A DNA stretch of 64,000 nucleotides, from assembly GCF_009914755.1 (NCBI RefSeq), contig NC_060931.1, one strand, 5' to 3'. Source of the DNA: the human T2T-CHM13v2.0 reference genome, Homo sapiens. The notes under the pieces are model-generated. The model was given only the letters and a program-made list of their open reading frames with translations, was not told the origin of the DNA and searched no databases. A program made the position numbers and the translations under genes. Numbering within the stretch: position 1 is the stretch's first letter; each line of letters starts with the position of its first letter. Positions 57,731 through 64,000 of the stretch are shown here, piece by piece.

Positions 57731-60423
57731 CCGACTTTCTTGCTATGCCAAAGGCTCAGGGTCTTCTTCGCTCTCTCCTTCTTACTTTGTTCCTTCTTTT
57801 TTCTTAGCTGAGAAGATCCATCTCGGCATTAGTCAGTCCACATACCCAAGTTATCTTCTCCCTCCGCCCACCCATGCTCCACACCGTATTCTCCTATCCA
57901 GAGAAAAATTCTCTTAAGGCTGTGAACTCTCTTAAAATGCTAAACCTCCTTGAACGGTTCTAATCTCTAGCTAAACACAGTTTATTATTAACGCTAACAC
58001 ATACACACGCGCAAACATACCCTTGCTTCTACACTGGGGGAAATGTTTCCTTTATCCCTTCATGGATGAAGACCCGAGCAAGTACCTTGAATTTCACATA
58101 TGTATGTTGTCCATCAATCTCAGCCCCAACACATCACTTGGACTATATATGAGTTTAAGTCTACCTGCTCTGCCTATAGCCCAGCAGCGATGATCAGATG
58201 GGGCTAGGGAAATCAAAGCCAGCTGCCTTATCCCCATTTCCCCTCAGGCAGGCCACCCTTCTCACAGGTTCTTGAGCTGGGATGGTGAGATCATGGGGTG
58301 AGATGAGTTGCCAAACCAAACAGCCCAGTTCCCCAGTCATTGTCCCTGCTAAAGCTCACTTCTCCCAGCACCCACCATTATTCAAAGCTCCACCCTGTTC
58401 TCATCCTGTTGGTGGAGCTAACGTAGTCAATCATTAGTTCTGCCCTGGCAATGCCTTTTTATGCCCCTTCTATCTGCAGGACCACCTCCTGCACAAAACA
58501 GAACTGAGAAAAGGGGAAGACTTGTTTACTCGGATTAGGTAGGATATACACGAATCCATCTCACACCAGATATTCTTCTGCTGTAGACTTCCAAGTGTTT
58601 CAGTCCACCATTAATCATGGACTCTCACAATTAGCAGAGATGCAGAGTGACCTAATCCAACATCCCAGCTGAAACGTGAACAAACCACCCTCCCAAGGAA
58701 TTTGTCCACCCACCAAAGCTGTTTTCCAATGTGACTTAACCTTGGGCACATGTCCCCACCCCCAAAGGAAGCAACCCCTTCCATCTTTGGGTTAATGTTG
58801 GCTTCCTTCTAAAATGAATTGGCTCAATTTCTCTGTTGAGTAACCACATAGTTCCTGTCCGTCTTTTTTGAAAGATATACTTTATTTTTCATAAAACATT
58901 TTTATCTGTTTACAAGTATTCAAAACCTATTGAAAAGTTGTAAAATACAGAAAAATGTAAGGAGACAGGTAATAGTTGTCATAAAAATGCATTTTTAAAG
59001 AATATTCTAATATTAGAATTAGAGTAATGTACTAAATAGGAGTACATATTTGGGTATGATTATTATAACACACACACAGGAATGGTATTCTGAATAGAGA
59101 ACTTATATAAATCAATAATAGAAAAATAAGGGTAATTGACAGAAGAGTAGACCTTAATATTCAGTAAACATGAGAAAAAATACTGAAATATTCTAAATTT
59201 AGATAGACTTAATAACAAAGCCATTTCAAGGAAATGATATATTGTCTTCCCCAAATGAAGCTTAACAAAAATTAATTTGGTAAAATACAATCTCAGCAAT
59301 TTTTTGAGAAAATGAACACTTCATATGCTTTTGATGAGACTATCAGCTGGTATAATCACCAAGGAAGAAAACTGGCATTATCTGTTTAATCTGAAAGTGA
59401 TCTAGAAATTTTACTCTTGGTGTCTACCCCCAAGTCAGTGAGAGAAGATATTCTTTATGTGAGTGATTTTTCTGAAGGGTCTACTTGCTACATTCAAATA
59501 GAATCTGGCAAAATGATGACAAACATAATTTTTAAATCATCATTGGGTGATCAAGAAAGTGAAATCTCCAGGGAAAAGGCGGATGGAGGCAAAGCATAAA
59601 GAATCAGAATATGGAAAAGAAGAAAGAAGAGAAAGAGAGAAGGAAGAGAGGAAAGTGAGATGTAGATAGTAAGTTTAGGCTTTATTAAAACTGGTATCTA
59701 CAGTAAAAAGTGAGATATAGATATTGAATTTAGACTTTGCAAAGTTGTTAAATATGTATGGTAAAATTTCTCAGGCAATTCCTAAATGACGGAAATAGAG
59801 AACAAAACTCTTGAACCAGGGAGAAAAACAGATTGACAAATAAAAAATTAATTGAGAAAGCAAGAAGAGAGAAAAAAGCACAGCAAAAGTGACAAGTAGA
59901 AAGTAAATTTATAAGATTCAAGTCAACAATCATAATAATAGTCTGAACTTCTTGATTAAAGGAAGGAAGATGTGGTTGGATTTTAAATTCTGCTATGTGC
60001 TTTTACAAAAGATACACACACCCAAAATGAGGACAGAGAAACTTGAAAAGAATGGAAACAAATATACCATGCACATGTTAATTGTATTTTAAACTGACAG
60101 CTTTATTAATACAAAAAAGCACGATGAAGGAGAAAGGGGAACACTACATAATGATAAAAGACTCAATTCAGGAAGAAGATAAAAATATTCTAAATTTAGA
60201 TATACCTAATAACGAAGCTACAGAATACATAAAACAAAAACTGACAGAAGTAGAGGGAAATTTTCACAAACTCACTATCATAGTGGGAGAGTTCCACAAG
60301 CCTTTAGGTTAAGATGATAAATAATACTAAATGTGTAGATGATTTGAACCGTCAAGTTATAAGGAACCATGAAACTTGCAGTTAAAGAACACATTCCTCC
60401 CATTAGAAAATAAAGCAAGTCTC

Positions 60424-60548
60424 GGGTGCAGCACACCAACATGGCACATGTATACATATGTAACAAACCTGCATGTTGTGCACATGTACCCTAAAACTTA
60501 AAGTATAATAATAATAAAATAAAAGAAAAAATAAAGTCTCATGAAATT
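60424..60548 (+). mobile_element. Very short L1PA4/5-like 3' end
   Basis: gggtgcagcacaccaacatggcacatg...aaaacttaaagtataat; TSD taaagcaagtctc at 60411-60423 and 60549-60561. Confidence 0.85.
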
Positions 60549-61198
60549 TAAAGCAAGTCTCAACAAATTTCAAAAACTAGTATCACTCAAACTTCGTTGC
60601 CTGACCACAACACAGAAAGTTTAAAAGTCTAAAAAGTGTTTTAAGAAATATAAAAACAAGAACGTAGTTTTTCATGTTTTGAAATTTAAACAATAAATGT
60701 ACTTATTTATGCAATAACTTTAAACAATCGATTTTAAAATAAAATACAATGGAAATTATAAAATATTTCAAACTGTGTGATTAAAAAACATTGCATATCA
60801 AAACTTGTGAGAAGCCAGTAAGAGGATCCTTTAAAGGAAATTAACAGCTTTAAACACTTGTGCCAAAAGAAGAGAGGCTGAAAATCTGATAGAGTGATAA
60901 ATGCAACCAAATTTAACAGCTGGTAAAATAGCAGAAAAAAGGCTCTCAAAAGTTAAGAGATTTTACAAAAACACACATTAGTGAACTAAGGCAAAAAGAG
61001 TTGATTCTTTGAATAAAATAAAGCAACCTCTGATGAGGCTGATCAAGAAAGAAAATGAAAGGTAGAAAATGATATATATCTATAGATAGCAAATAAAGAT
61101 TAAAACTAGATACACGAATACTAAGAACCAACATATACCATATATTTGAAATTTTAAATTAAATTAATAAATTCCTAGAAAAAATATCTATAAAACTT

Positions 61199-61502
61199 GG
61201 CCAGGCGCAGTGGCTCACGCCTATAATCCTAGCACTTTGGGAGGCTGAGGCAGGTGGATCACCTGAGGTCCAAAGTTCGAGACCAGCCTGGTGAACATGG
61301 CGAAAACCCATCTCTACTAAAAATACAAAAATTAGCCAGGCATGGTGGCGCGTGCCTGTAATCCCAACTGCCCAGAAGGCTGCGGCAGGAGAATCGGTGG
61401 AAACCAGGAGACGGAGGCTGCAGTGAGCCGAGATCGCACCACTGCACTCTAGCCTGGGCGACAAAGAAAGACTATGGAAAATAAAAAGAAAAAAGAAAAA
61501 AA
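61199..61502 (+). mobile_element. AluS (Sx/Sz-like)
   Basis: Full Alu with A-rich tail. Confidence 0.9.
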
Positions 61503-61868
61503 TCTATAACAGTCATGTAAGAATAACTACAAAGCCAGAATAGTAAATGCTGTTTAAAGACCTTGAATAAGTAGTTTAAAATCTTCCCACTGGGAAAAAA
61601 AAAATCAAGCCCATATGATTTTGCAGGGCAACTTTCAAGGATCAAGTACTTCCTGAAAATTAGAAAAGAAGGAAATCTCCCAGACTCATTCTAACAAAAT
61701 GAGACAAGGACGATCTGAAAAAGAGTAAAGTCACAGGCCATCTTACTAATGATTACAGATAAAAATAAATTCTAAACAAAATATTGACATACCAAATTCA
61801 GTAGGACTTAGAAAAAACCCAGCAGTATCAAGCTTGGATTATCCTAGGGATGCACGGGTAGTTTAACA

Positions 61869-62208
61869 CAGGGGGGCCCAGGCCGTAGATTGGTACCAGT
61901 CTGTGGTCTGTTAAGGACCCAGCCGTACAGCAGAAGGTGAGCTGTGGGCCAGCAAGCATTATCACCTGAGCTTTGCCTCCTGTCAGATCAGCAGCAGCAT
62001 TATTCTCATAGGAGCGTGAACCTTAGTGTGAACTGCACATGCAAGGGATATAGGTTGCTGCTCCTTATGAGAATCTAACGCCTGATGATCTGAAGTGAAA
62101 AAGTTTCATCCCAAAACATCCCTCCCTGCCCTCCCCACCCACCCCATCTGTGGAAAACTTGTCCTCCACAAAACTGGTCCCCAGTGCCAAAAAGGTTAGG
62201 GACTATTG
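61869..62208. mobile_element. MER1B hAT DNA transposon
   Basis: cctcctgtcagatcagcagcagcatta and aaactggtccc..gtgccaaaaaggtt motifs; 8-bp TSD gtttaaca at 61861-61868 and 62209-62216. Confidence 0.85.
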
Positions 62209-62263
62209 GTTTAACATATTAAAATCAATGACTATATTTACCATGTACACAAATTAAATGGGA

Positions 62264-62560
<297 letters not shown>

Positions 62561-62828
62561 TTAAATTAAAAGAAAATAAATTGATAAAATTCAACACCCA
62601 TTCATGATTAAAAAGCAAAAACAACTCTTAGCAAACTAAGACTAGACAAAATTTTCTTAACCTCATAAATGTTATCCACTAGAACCCTACAGCAAACATC
62701 TTTCTTATGGTAAAATACTAAAATAATTCTCTTTTAATTTAGGAGCGAGAAAAGATGTGCATCATCTCTGCTAACATTTAAAATAATACCTGCAAAGAAA
62801 GGGTTAGAAAAAAGTGGGGAGTGGTATA

Positions 62829-62966
62829 AGGAAAAGAAAGAGAGAAAAAGAGAAAGAGAGAGGGAAGGAAGGGAAAGGAGGGGAGGGGAATGAAGGGGAG
62901 GGGAGGGGAGGGAAAGGGAGGGGAGGGGAGGGGAGGGCCGGGCAGGGCAGGGAAGGAAAGGGAAGG
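62829..62966. repeat. Polypurine low-complexity tract, (GGGGA/GGAA)n
   Basis: Seen directly. Confidence 0.9.
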
Positions 62967-62984
62967 ATCACAACTGGATAGCCT

Positions 62985-63225
62985 AGCAGAGAGGCAGCAA
63001 AGCTCTTGGTGAGCATGGAGCTTAGAAATCAACTGCCTGGGTTTAAGTCCTCCCTTCTGTGTTCAGATGGTAATTTGTGGCTTTGAGCTAATGATTTAAT
63101 CTCTTTGTGGTTAATTTCCTTGTGAGTAAAATGGAGATGAAAAATGACCCTGCTTAAAAGGGCTGTTGTGATAAATATTTAGTGTTCTGAATAGTGCCTA
63201 GCACAGCATGCTATGTGGAATCATT
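62985..63225 (+). mobile_element. MIR SINE
   Basis: ctgcctgggtttaagtcc...atttaatctctttgtg...taaaatggagatga core. Confidence 0.65.
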
Positions 63226-63640
63226 TGCTTAGAAATAATAATAACATAAATTATACTGACAAATTAACAAGTTTTGTTAAGTGGTTGAATATAAGATCAA
63301 TCTACAAAATCTACTGCATCAACTATATACGAGCAAAAGACCAGAACATATAAATTAGAAAAGAGATGCCATTTACAATAGCAGTAAGATGTATAAGGTA
63401 ACTAGGAATAAATTTAACATGGGTAAATGAATTCTAAGTGGAGATTTTTAAAATTTTTATTGAAAGACATAAAAGACAATCTAAATAAAAATAATGCTAA
63501 TATATGATCTATAAAGATATCATCTGCCCAAAGTAATATATGCATTTTCAATCAAAATCACAACAGGGTTAATGAAAATGTGATGCTAAAAGTTACATGG
63601 TAAAGCAAAGGCTCAAGACAGCCAAAATTCTCCTAAAGAA

Positions 63641-64000
<360 letters not shown>

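Noticed and set aside
57091-57917. Several overlapping 73-164 aa ORFs on both strands in the GC-rich block
   Set aside because: Expected from stop-codon scarcity in a CpG island; low-complexity Arg/Pro/Gly/Ala content and no recognisable family

Overview
Primate genomic DNA, almost certainly human (AluY and L1PA2-type repeats present). The locus is recognised from memory as CFAP69-FAM237B on chr7q21. On the + strand, 19 GT-AG exons (1585-46488) splice in frame into 2470 nt of CDS. This is the 3' part (inferred exons 5-23) of CFAP69, an armadillo-like cilia/flagella protein gene, with poly(A) signals at 46510 and 46618. Convergent on the - strand is FAM237B (CDS 55579-55998, 139 aa), a neuropeptide-type precursor: signal peptide, 88-aa mature peptide ending HGM, then a Gly-Arg-Arg amidation/cleavage site (orthologue of neurosecretory protein GM). 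It has a small non-coding upstream exon and a CpG-island promoter at about 57.1-57.7 kb. The rest is intronic or intergenic DNA rich in Alu, L1, L2, MIR, LTR and DNA transposons, including a two-LTR MER41A element with a 4-bp TSD. I found no wholly new system. The most notable observations are the FAM237B processing architecture with a possible alternative C-terminal exon, a tailless half-tRNA-Gln retropseudogene with TSDs, and two old inverted L1s carrying apparent gene-conversion tracts around the last six CFAP69 exons. Also notable are an L1 insertion that duplicated a splice donor, a tiny L1PA2-like insertion with a possible 3' transduction, templated local duplications, and candidate missense alleles. 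Gene names, exon numbers and repeat subfamilies come from recall, not from database searches.
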